In this document: positions 41,747 through 49,804 of the stretch, in pieces
How positions within the stretch are numbered: position 1 is the stretch's first letter
Layout: every line of letters starts with the position of its first letter
From: an uncultured Candidatus Saccharibacteria bacterium
GTDB lineage: Bacteria > Patescibacteriota > Minisyncoccia > UBA6257 > GWB1-50-10
Assembly (NCBI GenBank): GCA_964365955.1
Contig: CAYISA010000002.1
Location: 23,329 to 87,328, forward strand
Length of the DNA: 64,000 nt
Direction: 5' to 3'
Translations under genes and position numbers: made by a program
The notes under the pieces: generated by a model
Databases searched by the model: none
Seen by the model: only the letters and a program-made list of their open reading frames with translations
Told to the model about the DNA's origin: nothing

Positions 41747-42538
41747 CTAGCGAATTTCGTACCGAAGCGTGACCGAAACGGAAACATCCTGCGAGCCGGG
41801 TTCAATCGCGGGAACGGGAACCGGAGCGGCATCGCCTCCGCCCATCCCGTATACTATTTTTTCATTCATCATCCGCAACGGAGCATACCCCTCATCAATC
41901 GAAAGTAATTTGCCGATACGAAAACCCCCGGCGTCCGCGATCATCTTCGCCTTCTCTTTAGCCCCTGTAATCGCCTTGGCACGGGCTTCATTTTGCACTT
42001 TTGAAAGATCGTCGATTCTGAAATCAAGGCCCGAAACCGTGTTTGCCCCGTTTTTTACGACACCTGCCAAAATATCGCCCACCTTCCCGAAATCGCGCAC
42101 TTTAACCGATACGGTCTGCGTAATGGCGTACCCCACGATCTCCGCGGGCGGGCAGGGTTTTGTGTTCCTCGACGCATCATAGGCGGGATTGCAGTTGTAA
42201 TGCTGGTACCGCGGTTCCAGATTATAGTTCTGTGTTTCGATGTCTTTTGCCTCCACACCCTGCGATTTTGCATACGCAATCGCTCCGTTCATTTTTTCGG
42301 TATTTTCTCTAATAAGCCCCGCGATCTCTTTCCCGCCTTGCGTTAAAACACTGAACGTAAAGGCGGCAACATCCGGAATCGCCACCACCTTTCCTTCTCC
42401 CTGAACCGTAAAGCTTCTCTCACGATTTAGATTGACCGAATCGTTATAACTCGACACGTAACTCCACGCGGCGAGCGTCACCCCCACAAGCGCAAGGATA
42501 ATCGCGCCTCCCACATAATTTTTTATTTTTTCTGTCAT
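41747..42538 (-). CDS. SIMPL (DUF541) domain protein
   Basis: VQGEGKV..PD, ARAKAI..AKEKA, IEPGSQDV. Confidence 0.88.
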   Translation of the reverse strand: MTEKIKNYVGGAIILALVGVTLAAWSYVSSYNDSVNLNRERSFTVQGEGKVVAIPDVAAFTFSVLTQGGKEIAGLIRENTEKMNGAIAYAKSQGVEAKDIETQNYNLEPRYQHYNCNPAYDASRNTKPCPPAEIVGYAITQTVSVKVRDFGKVGDILAGVVKNGANTVSGLDFRIDDLSKVQNEARAKAITGAKEKAKMIADAGGFRIGKLLSIDEGYAPLRMMNEKIVYGMGGGDAAPVPVPAIEPGSQDVSVSVTLRYEIR

Positions 42539-42557
42539 AGATTTTATTATAACAAAA

Positions 42558-42584
42558 GACCCGTTTCAAAAATCGAAACGGGTC
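42558..42584 (-). terminator. hairpin downstream of putative DGR target (terminator and/or DGR cis hairpin)
   Basis: GACCCGTTTC-N7-GAAACGGGTC, followed by TTTTG on minus strand. Confidence 0.7.
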
Positions 42585-42640
42585 AAAAATCTAAGGGACT
42601 AAGAGATTAAAAATCTAAGCATCAAAGTCCCAAGTCCAAG

Positions 42641-43252
42641 TTACTTGCGCACCGCAAGGAAACGATAGTTGCCATCCCAGCCACCCTCAAACCCAAGCAG
42701 ACCCAGCCCGCGCCCCGAAGCATGCGAGCAGAGCACCAGCACGCGGCGGTGGCCATCCAAGTACTGCCAGACCGAACCAAGAGCTACGATAGGATACTCC
42801 TTCTGCTCATCGCGGAAGGTTTCCCCAAAGGCAAGAAGCTCTGCTCCGTTCCCCGGGCGGAATCCATCCTTTTCCATCCATTTGATCGCCTCTTCGGAGG
42901 AGATGGGACGATCAAAGTGATAGAGTTTGTGGTCTGGAGAGTAGTCTACAGGCACGTTTGTGGGGAAATGCCCTTTTGTGATGTCGGGGTTTACCCAGTC
43001 GTACTTCCCACGGGCGATACGGTCGGCAAGGGAGAGATGCGCTGGAATTTCCAAAATGTTTTTAACCACTCCATGCACTAGCTCGGCGAGCACATCAGCG
43101 ATCTTCTTGATCGCGGGTTTTCCCCTTGGTTGTGCCACCGCAGTAATTGCCTCGACAACGTTTATACCGCGCTCCTTGAGTTCTTCTGATATTTCAGTTG
43201 CGACAGACTGAAAATGGCCGGCAAACTGAATCAAAGGATTTTTTTTACTCAT
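42641..43252 (-). CDS. probable DGR variable (target) protein
   Basis: C-terminus ...RGLGLLGFEGGWDGNYRFLAVRK; A-depleted 3' region; AAGGAG SD before ATG 43252. Confidence 0.65.
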   Translation of the reverse strand: MSKKNPLIQFAGHFQSVATEISEELKERGINVVEAITAVAQPRGKPAIKKIADVLAELVHGVVKNILEIPAHLSLADRIARGKYDWVNPDITKGHFPTNVPVDYSPDHKLYHFDRPISSEEAIKWMEKDGFRPGNGAELLAFGETFRDEQKEYPIVALGSVWQYLDGHRRVLVLCSHASGRGLGLLGFEGGWDGNYRFLAVRK

Positions 43253-43336
43253 GACACTACTCCTTATATTGTGGCTCATCTCTCATCTCATGATTTTCAC
43301 GAGACCCCAGACAAACCGTTTGTAAAGTACATTTCT

Positions 43337-43366
43337 AGTCTAGCATATGATACGCTAGAAAGTCAA
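43337..43366 (-). promoter_or_regulatory. sigma70-type promoter
   Basis: TTGACT-N18-TAGACT with TGn extension. Confidence 0.6.
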
Positions 43367-43402
43367 TAGCTATGAACGATAAGTAAAATATGGAGTTTTG
43401 GC

Positions 43403-44866
43403 CTATCGCTTAATAATTTTTCTTAATCTTTTTACCACCTTCCGAACTTCTTCTTGCGTGGTTTCACGTCCTAAACTGAACCGGATACTGCACGTTATGC
43501 GATCGGGCGCGCACCCGATCGCCTGAAGGACGTGCGATGATTTTAACGCGCGTGCGGAACACGCCGCACCGGCGGAAACCGCAACTCCCGCCCGATCAAA
43601 TTGCATAAGCAGGTCTTCCGCAAGATGCGCCGGGAAAAATACGTTCGCGACATGCGGCGCAAAACGTGCCCTCTTACTCTCAAAATCCAGACCGTTCCAC
43701 TGCGCATCGGGATAAACTTTTTTGATGCCTTCAAGAAGCTCGGCGCGCAACACGTAGACTTTCTTCCTATTTTTCACGCGCTCTTTTACGGCAATCTCAA
43801 CTGCCTTCCCGAACCCCGCGATCCCCGGCGTATTCGGAGTTCCCGCCCGCATTTTGAACTCCTGCTCCCCGCCCGTGATCACGCCCGGCAGTTTCACACG
43901 GGTGTAGAGCACGCCCACACCTTTCGGACCCTCGATTTTATGTGCCGAAAGCGTCATCATATCCACATTGAGTTCCCACACGTTGCAATCCAGATACTGA
44001 AATGCTTGTACGGCATCGGTATGAAACAATGGATAGACAGAGTCGCTCACCTTTCTTTCACGAAAAGACGGGGTCTCACTCGCCCAGCCGCTCGTTCGCC
44101 CGCTTAACTCTCGTCCTCGCTCTTCTCGCAATGCTCGAAACCATGCCCGCTCGGACTCCGAGACACTTTTCTTAGAAAGAAACGTTTGCTCCTTAAATTC
44201 TTTAATAATTTTTGAAATCTCGACGATCGGTTGAATCGTCCCAATCACATTATTCACATACATGATGGAAACCAGAATCGTGTTTTCGTTCAGCGCGCTT
44301 TGTAGCGCGTGGAGATCTACCACGCCCCGCGCATCCACCGGAAGATACACCACCTCCACGCCTTTGCGCTCCAGATCTTTTGCGGTTTCCAAAACAGATT
44401 CGTGTTCGATCGCAGAAACAATAATTCTTGGACGATGCTTTATTTCAGAAAGCTGTTTTGAGGAATATCCCACAGCTTCAACAAGCTTGGACTCCGACTC
44501 ATGTCGGAGTTGTTGAGGCGAGGGAAAAGAAAGTTTTGCCGCTGGAGAAAAACTATTCTGGTTCCGAAAAACAGTTTGCTGAAATAATAAGGCTTGTTTT
44601 ACAACACCGCGAAGCGCCAAATTATTCGCCTCCGTTGCGGAACCCGTAAATACAATCTCTTCAAACTGTCCTCCAATCGCGCGCGCGACTTTTTCCCGTG
44701 CGTCATCCACCGCCTTGATGGCTGCCTGCCCCCAGGAATGGAGCGATCCCGCATTCCCAAACTCACCCTTAAAATACGGTTCCATCGCCTTAAAGACCTT
44801 GGGGTCAAGGGGTGTAGAGGCGCAATAATCCATATAAATCCTTTTATTTGCTTGCTTTTTTGACAT
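43403..44866 (-). CDS. iscS: cysteine desulfurase (IscS/NifS) with two in-frame insertions
   Basis: YMDYCASTP, GNAGSLH, FTGSATEANN, HTDAVQ, SAHKIEGPKGVG, SAGAACS. Confidence 0.9.
   Translation of the reverse strand: MSKKQANKRIYMDYCASTPLDPKVFKAMEPYFKGEFGNAGSLHSWGQAAIKAVDDAREKVARAIGGQFEEIVFTGSATEANNLALRGVVKQALLFQQTVFRNQNSFSPAAKLSFPSPQQLRHESESKLVEAVGYSSKQLSEIKHRPRIIVSAIEHESVLETAKDLERKGVEVVYLPVDARGVVDLHALQSALNENTILVSIMYVNNVIGTIQPIVEISKIIKEFKEQTFLSKKSVSESERAWFRALREERGRELSGRTSGWASETPSFRERKVSDSVYPLFHTDAVQAFQYLDCNVWELNVDMMTLSAHKIEGPKGVGVLYTRVKLPGVITGGEQEFKMRAGTPNTPGIAGFGKAVEIAVKERVKNRKKVYVLRAELLEGIKKVYPDAQWNGLDFESKRARFAPHVANVFFPAHLAEDLLMQFDRAGVAVSAGAACSARALKSSHVLQAIGCAPDRITCSIRFSLGRETTQEEVRKVVKRLRKIIKR
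44052..44182. repeat. palindromic in-frame insert 2 in iscS (element D)
   Basis: Arms TTTCTTTC-AC-GAAAAG-N5-GTCTC / GAGAC-A-CTTTTC-TTA-GAAAGAAA. Confidence 0.65.
44440..44587 (+). repeat. structured repeat element copy A (in frame in iscS)
   Basis: 26-nt terminal arms with 22/26 complementary; nested hairpins; CCGCTGGAG loop. Confidence 0.85.
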
Positions 44867-44948
44867 ATTGACAGATTAGTATCTATATAATAAGATGATA
44901 ACAGAATTCTTTACAATTTTCAATCACTTAAAAGAAAGGTGGCTTCTT

Positions 44949-45548
44949 ATGCCCCAGCAAGTAAAAAAATGGAGCGAGTATGCTCCTCCGGGTCGTCGTG
45001 TTTCAGGAGACTGGGACGTGATGGCGTATGAAAAAAACGAATCGGGAAAGATGGTCGTTCATCTGATCATCTGGGACGGCGCCTCTATCGTCCTTGTAAA
45101 AAATGAAAAAGGGGAAAGTAGCGGGTTTCAAAAACCTGCGGCATGGGGACTCCCAACCGAGACCGTGCGTTCGGGGGAGCTTGCAACTATTGAGACGCCC
45201 TACGCAGCTGTAGAACGGGTGGTCAGAGAGGAACTAAATCTTTTCGATCATTCGGTCTCGGTAAATTCGAAACCGATCCTCGTCACAAAAACATCCAACG
45301 GGGTTTTCCATTTCTATTTTGGTGGCACCATAGAGCCATATACGGATATCCCAAAAAATATTCGTGATGTCAATAGAGGAGAAGTCTCCGCCGCAACACT
45401 CGTGGATCCAGACACAATCCGGATTCCAGATGCCTCGCCTGATGCCCCAGAGATAGAACGCTTTCCGTTTTTTGAAAATCGAGACGGAAAACAAATTATC
45501 TATCCGGGACACCTGGGTGGGGTAGCGTATGCCCGGTCTCACGGTTAG
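44949..45548 (+). CDS. NUDIX-like protein with degenerate Nudix box
   Basis: WGLPTE...ETPYAAVERVVREELNL; AAGGTGG SD before ATG 44949. Confidence 0.55.
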   Translation: MPQQVKKWSEYAPPGRRVSGDWDVMAYEKNESGKMVVHLIIWDGASIVLVKNEKGESSGFQKPAAWGLPTETVRSGELATIETPYAAVERVVREELNLFDHSVSVNSKPILVTKTSNGVFHFYFGGTIEPYTDIPKNIRDVNRGEVSAATLVDPDTIRIPDASPDAPEIERFPFFENRDGKQIIYPGHLGGVAYARSHG

Positions 45549-45599
45549 AAAAATCGAGCCGATCCGAGAAATGAATCCCCTGCAATACGCGGGGGATTT

Positions 45600-46190
45600 T
45601 TATTTTCCTGTGAGCGACGTAAGAAGTTTTCGAATCTCAATTCCGTCTTTTGTTTTTTTGTTTTCGCACGCAAGTAGAAGCCGCGCTAGTTTCTTGCGGT
45701 GCCCGAATGCCATTCCCGCGCCTTCGGACGCCGCATCGTCCCCACCCGGAAGTTTCGAAAGCGGGAACCACTTGGTTTTTTCAATCACCTTGTCGCGCGC
45801 GACATCTTTCAACGGTTTTGGTTCTTTGTCGGTTACCACAAGAAAAAAAGTGTCTTCGTGAAACTCGGCGTCGGGCCGATCCGAAGGGATGCGGATAGAA
45901 ATCGAAAGCTTGGCATCGAGAACTCCTTTCGGGAGCGCACATCCGGTTTCTTCTTCAAACTCGCGCTGTGCCGTATCCGTCAAAGATGTGTCGATGCGGA
46001 TATTAAAATGTCCCATCGGCATTTTCCATGCGCGTTCTTCAACAAAAAATCCTCCGCTTTTCTGGAGGTTTTTTTCACCCGCCCGCTGCAGCATCAATAG
46101 CAGATGCGGAATTTTATTTTTCAAAAAAATGAACGCGACGCCCGCCGAGTAACTGACGCCGGATTCGGGTTTAAATGCCGCACGCTCCAT
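45600..46190 (-). CDS. NUDIX hydrolase
   Basis: SAGVAF, WKMPMGH...TAQREFEEETG, WFPL. Confidence 0.8.
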   Translation of the reverse strand: MERAAFKPESGVSYSAGVAFIFLKNKIPHLLLMLQRAGEKNLQKSGGFFVEERAWKMPMGHFNIRIDTSLTDTAQREFEEETGCALPKGVLDAKLSISIRIPSDRPDAEFHEDTFFLVVTDKEPKPLKDVARDKVIEKTKWFPLSKLPGGDDAASEGAGMAFGHRKKLARLLLACENKKTKDGIEIRKLLTSLTGK

Positions 46191-46194
46191 AGGG

Positions 46195-46719
46195 TTAATC
46201 GTGACTGTGGCTACGATCTTCTTCGTCTGCCTCCTCTTCCGGATGCCGGTGCCCGGGAGCCTTCCCGACGTATTTATAAAGGTTGATTTTTCTAAGTCCG
46301 ACCAATAACAATGTGAGACCCACCGAAGAAACCGCCGCGAATTCCCACAGCCCAATGCCACAGAGCACTCCGATTGCCGCCGCAAACCACACAGTAGCCG
46401 CGGTGGTAAGCCCTCGTACATGGATCCCCTGCTTTACAATAATGCCGGCACCCAAAAAACCTACTCCCACAACCACATTCGCCACAGCGCCCAAGAATCC
46501 GCTGTTACGCGCCAGAATTTCTTCCAAGTTCGCGGGTGAAAGCGCAATTAAATAAGGAAGCGTAACTCCAACAATCGCAAAAATTGCCGCCCCCGCCGCA
46601 ACCATAATATCCGTGCGGATTCCCGCCTCTTTCCCGGCAAGTTCGCGCTCCAACCCAATGATGGCTCCTAAAACCACCGCAATCGCGAGCCGCAACACCA
46701 TCTGTTCCAGGGTAAGCAT
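46195..46719 (-). CDS. MgtC/SapB family membrane protein
   Basis: IGLERE..KEAGIRT, GVGFLGAG, GLTTAATVW. Confidence 0.92.
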   Translation of the reverse strand: MLTLEQMVLRLAIAVVLGAIIGLERELAGKEAGIRTDIMVAAGAAIFAIVGVTLPYLIALSPANLEEILARNSGFLGAVANVVVGVGFLGAGIIVKQGIHVRGLTTAATVWFAAAIGVLCGIGLWEFAAVSSVGLTLLLVGLRKINLYKYVGKAPGHRHPEEEADEEDRSHSHD

Positions 46720-46785
46720 GACCCTATTATTGTAATCATAAAAAAACACCCCCGCAAATCGCGGAGGCACTTTTTAAGCTCTGAT

Positions 46786-47073
46786 CTAGAGACTGTTTAC
46801 ATCACTATTGACGCTCTGAAAATCGGGCGCAATCGGATTCATGTTAATCCCTTGTACATCTTCATCTAAGGGAGTGAGATTTTCCGCCGGAAAAGCAGAC
46901 GGGGAATTTTGACCTGTAGACGGCGCGGAAACTTTATTCATGCTGGTGATCCAGACAGCCGCGATAATCGCCACAAGGACAACAAGAACAATCCAAAGCA
47001 TCATCTTCTTCTTTGAATCCTCTGGTTGGGGCGCACTCACGGGAGTCACGGGTTGTTGCATATTATTATCCAT
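46786..47073 (-). CDS. small single-TM hypothetical protein
   Basis: One hydrophobic helix, Pro/Ser-rich; follows upstream gene in the same direction. Confidence 0.6.
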   Translation of the reverse strand: MDNNMQQPVTPVSAPQPEDSKKKMMLWIVLVVLVAIIAAVWITSMNKVSAPSTGQNSPSAFPAENLTPLDEDVQGINMNPIAPDFQSVNSDVNSL

Positions 47074-47090
47074 AAGAAATAAAAATTAAA

Positions 47091-48077
47091 TTAAGGAGTC
47101 GACGTTGTCGCGGTAGACGTTGGAGTGGAAGTGGGTATTACCACTAGAGGATTTTCCGCACCACGTGCTTTCGCAAGCGCAACAGCCGCTGTATGCACGG
47201 CATCGCGCGCGCCCTGTACGACCGTTCGTGTCGCTTCTAAATCTTTACGAAGCGCATCCCGCGCCGCTTGAACCGCATCTTTCACCACTGCGGGCGTGGT
47301 CGAAGCCGTCCATGTGATCGGATACGTTTTCCCGCTCTGTGCTTTTACTGCCGCTTGCGCGTTTTGAATTGCGGTATCGGCTACGGTGATTGCTGTTCGC
47401 ACATCCGCAACATTGATGCCCCTAGAAGCCACATCATCGGTCCGCGCCTTAATGCGCACTAGCACTTCCCCTACCTGATCCAATACATCCAGGAAATGGT
47501 CTGTCCAACGTGTATTCAGTTTTCCAAGATTTTCATCCACGCGGTTCACGACTTCTTCCCGGCGGGTATCGCGCAGTTCGCGCACTTTTTCTTTTAGTTT
47601 TTCGCGCGCGTTTTCTATTTTCTTCTTCGCCTCTTCGCGAACCGTTTCCATCTTGAACTTAAACTCTTCCCGCTTCACTTCAAACGCTTTTTTCATCTCT
47701 TCCCGTTTCGCTTCAAATACTTGTTTCATTTCTTCTCGCTTTGCTTCAAACGCTTTCTTTGCGTCTTCGCGGGTATTTTTAATTTCCTCGCGGAGATTTT
47801 GGACCCCTTCCTTTCGCGCTTCATTGAGATCCCGCTTTACGTCGCGCACTTCCTCACGCACATCTTTATGTACGTCGCGTATGTTTTCCCTTACGTTTTT
47901 CTGTACATCACGCACTTCTTGACGGACGTCTTTGCGCGCATCGCGCATCTGTTCGACCGTCTCTTTCTTCCCTTCACGCAATACTTCGCGAGCCCCTTGA
48001 AACGGTACCGGTGTTGGTTGAGCAAGCGCCGCTCCCGTAATCGCAAAGAATGCTATAAACGAAATAACAGTTTTCAT
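47091..48077 (-). CDS. secreted coiled-coil protein with 11-aa repeats
   Basis: Signal peptide; RDVxKDVRxxV and EEMKKAFEAKR repeats; Thr/Ser tail. Confidence 0.75.
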   Translation of the reverse strand: MKTVISFIAFFAITGAALAQPTPVPFQGAREVLREGKKETVEQMRDARKDVRQEVRDVQKNVRENIRDVHKDVREEVRDVKRDLNEARKEGVQNLREEIKNTREDAKKAFEAKREEMKQVFEAKREEMKKAFEVKREEFKFKMETVREEAKKKIENAREKLKEKVRELRDTRREEVVNRVDENLGKLNTRWTDHFLDVLDQVGEVLVRIKARTDDVASRGINVADVRTAITVADTAIQNAQAAVKAQSGKTYPITWTASTTPAVVKDAVQAARDALRKDLEATRTVVQGARDAVHTAAVALAKARGAENPLVVIPTSTPTSTATTSTP

Positions 48078-48162
48078 ATAGTATTTTTTGTTTGACCTTT
48101 ATAGATAATACGCCTTCTATGGGACGTATGCTCTATTATGCCATATCGCACACGAAAAAAAA

Positions 48163-48726
48163 TCAATAGGAAGGATGTTCTTCTAAAATTCCCTTCGCGT
48201 GGTTTGCATACCGCGCGAGCGCAAATAAAACACTTGAAAGTCGGTTCCAAAAAGTAAGGAACTCGGAAGAGAGCGCGAGTCGCTCGCGCACACCCGCGAT
48301 GCTCCGCTCCGCGCGCCGCGCTTCCACGCGCGCAAGCTCAAACCGCGCGGAAAGTTCACTTCCGCCGGGGATAATGAACTGTGTGAGCGTCGGCATTTTC
48401 TTGTCGATCACGTGAATCGTTTCTTCCAAAAAAGCGATATGGGACTCCAAAATCTTCCTGGTGTTGTCGGACACACCGAACGCGCGTGCGGCGCATTCCG
48501 CCTGCGCGATAAAAATTATTTCCTGAATTTTCAAAATAGTATTCCCGATCTCGCGGAGCGCGGGAATCGCTTGAGGAGCGCTTTCAACCCGGCAAAACCC
48601 TAAAAGCGCGTTCACCGAATCCATCGCCCCAAGCACCTTGAACACGGCATCGTCTTTTCCGTATGTCTTTCCGCCAATCTTACTTTCTCCTCCGTCTCCT
48701 GCTCCTGTAAAAAACTGGGTATTCAT
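48163..48726 (-). CDS. PduO-type cob(I)alamin adenosyltransferase
   Basis: FTGAGDGG, G.MD..NA, FIIPGG, ARRAER, NRLS. Confidence 0.85.
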   Translation of the reverse strand: MNTQFFTGAGDGGESKIGGKTYGKDDAVFKVLGAMDSVNALLGFCRVESAPQAIPALREIGNTILKIQEIIFIAQAECAARAFGVSDNTRKILESHIAFLEETIHVIDKKMPTLTQFIIPGGSELSARFELARVEARRAERSIAGVRERLALSSEFLTFWNRLSSVLFALARYANHAKGILEEHPSY

Positions 48727-48775
48727 GGATATATTGTAGAACAAAATAAAAACCCCCGGAACTCGGGGGGTGATG

Positions 48776-49144
48776 TCATTCGGTTTTCGGCGGCGTATAG
48801 GGCACCTCGTCGTAGCCGTCATCAATTAACTTTTTCCTTCTCTTCCGTATTACTTCAGAAGTCTGCTTAATCTCTGCCTCTGCGCCACAAAAGGGACAAA
48901 ATCTTACTTCTACTCTTCCGTTCAGATACAGGCCTAGTTCCCCGCGCACAAGGAGCTGTATGCCAGGTCCTCCGTAAAAAACATCATCTGGGTTCGGTCC
49001 AAAACAACGGTCCCGATACAAGGCATCGAAAGCCGCGCAACAGGATTTTGTTTGCTCATAATCCGGCCTCTTGCCCCAAACAGTTTCTGGGCTTGCCCAT
49101 ATTTTTCTGAATCCGACGACGCATTTTTTCTTCTCGTCTGCCAC
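48776..49144 (-). CDS. Cys-rich hypothetical protein
   Basis: SCC and FCPFCG motifs; AGGAG SD before GTG 49144. Confidence 0.6.
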   Translation of the reverse strand: MADEKKKCVVGFRKIWASPETVWGKRPDYEQTKSCCAAFDALYRDRCFGPNPDDVFYGGPGIQLLVRGELGLYLNGRVEVRFCPFCGAEAEIKQTSEVIRKRRKKLIDDGYDEVPYTPPKTE

Positions 49145-49256
49145 AATCGTTTCTCCTAAAATAGTGAGTGAATGTCCTGAAACCAAGATAGCCTTTTTGC
49201 GCTACCTCGTCAAGTTTTGGATCGTTTAATCAGTCCGCACAACCGGTCGTCCAAAT

Positions 49257-49331
49257 TGGGGTGCCTGAAGGGAATCGAACCCTCGTGACCGCTGCCACAG
49301 AGCGGTGTTCTACCATTGAACTACAGGCACC
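49257..49331 (-). tRNA. tRNA-His(GTG)
   Basis: Cloverleaf, anticodon arm CCGCT-CTGTGGC-AGCGG, genomic G-1, C discriminator, CCA encoded. Confidence 0.95.
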
Positions 49332-49378
49332 GTCGTTTATGTTATACCCCTTTCAAAAGGTGACGTCAAAAAGCTCCC

Positions 49379-49777
49379 CTACCAGCGCCCGGAACGAAGC
49401 GCTTTTTTGCGTCCGTGCATTTTTTTGTCTTCGCGACGAGCACGTTTTACACTCCGCGGAACCGCGGTAGGAATGCGCGGAGCTTTTATTTTAAGAACGC
49501 TATTGATAAGTGCGTTTAAATGTCCAATCGCCATAGCACGATTCTGCGCCTGCGACCGTTCTTCTTCGCACCATGCTTCTATTTCATCGCGGTGATTCAA
49601 CCGGTGGCGCGGAAGTTTTTTTCGGAGCATTTTTTTCTGCTCTGCCGAAAGCGGCAATTTTCCCACGCCCACCCACACTTGCGCTTTGGTCGCGCGGCGA
49701 TTCGTGCGGGATCCGCCCGGACCCGACGAGCGCGCGCTTTTGAATTTCACATCTTTTTCCGTAAGGTAAATAGGCAT
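49379..49777 (-). CDS. arfB: ArfB-like ribosome-rescue peptidyl-tRNA hydrolase (GGS variant)
   Basis: RSSGPGG-S, ERSQAQNR, RIPT, basic C-terminal tail. Confidence 0.8.
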   Translation of the reverse strand: MPIYLTEKDVKFKSARSSGPGGSRTNRRATKAQVWVGVGKLPLSAEQKKMLRKKLPRHRLNHRDEIEAWCEEERSQAQNRAMAIGHLNALINSVLKIKAPRIPTAVPRSVKRARREDKKMHGRKKALRSGRW

Positions 49778-49804
49778 TTTTGAATTATACGGTATACTAT
49801 TTCG

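Noticed and set aside
44440-44587. iscS inserts as inteins or group I/II introns
   Set aside because: Too short; no Cys/Ser...His-Asn intein termini and no recognisable intron core
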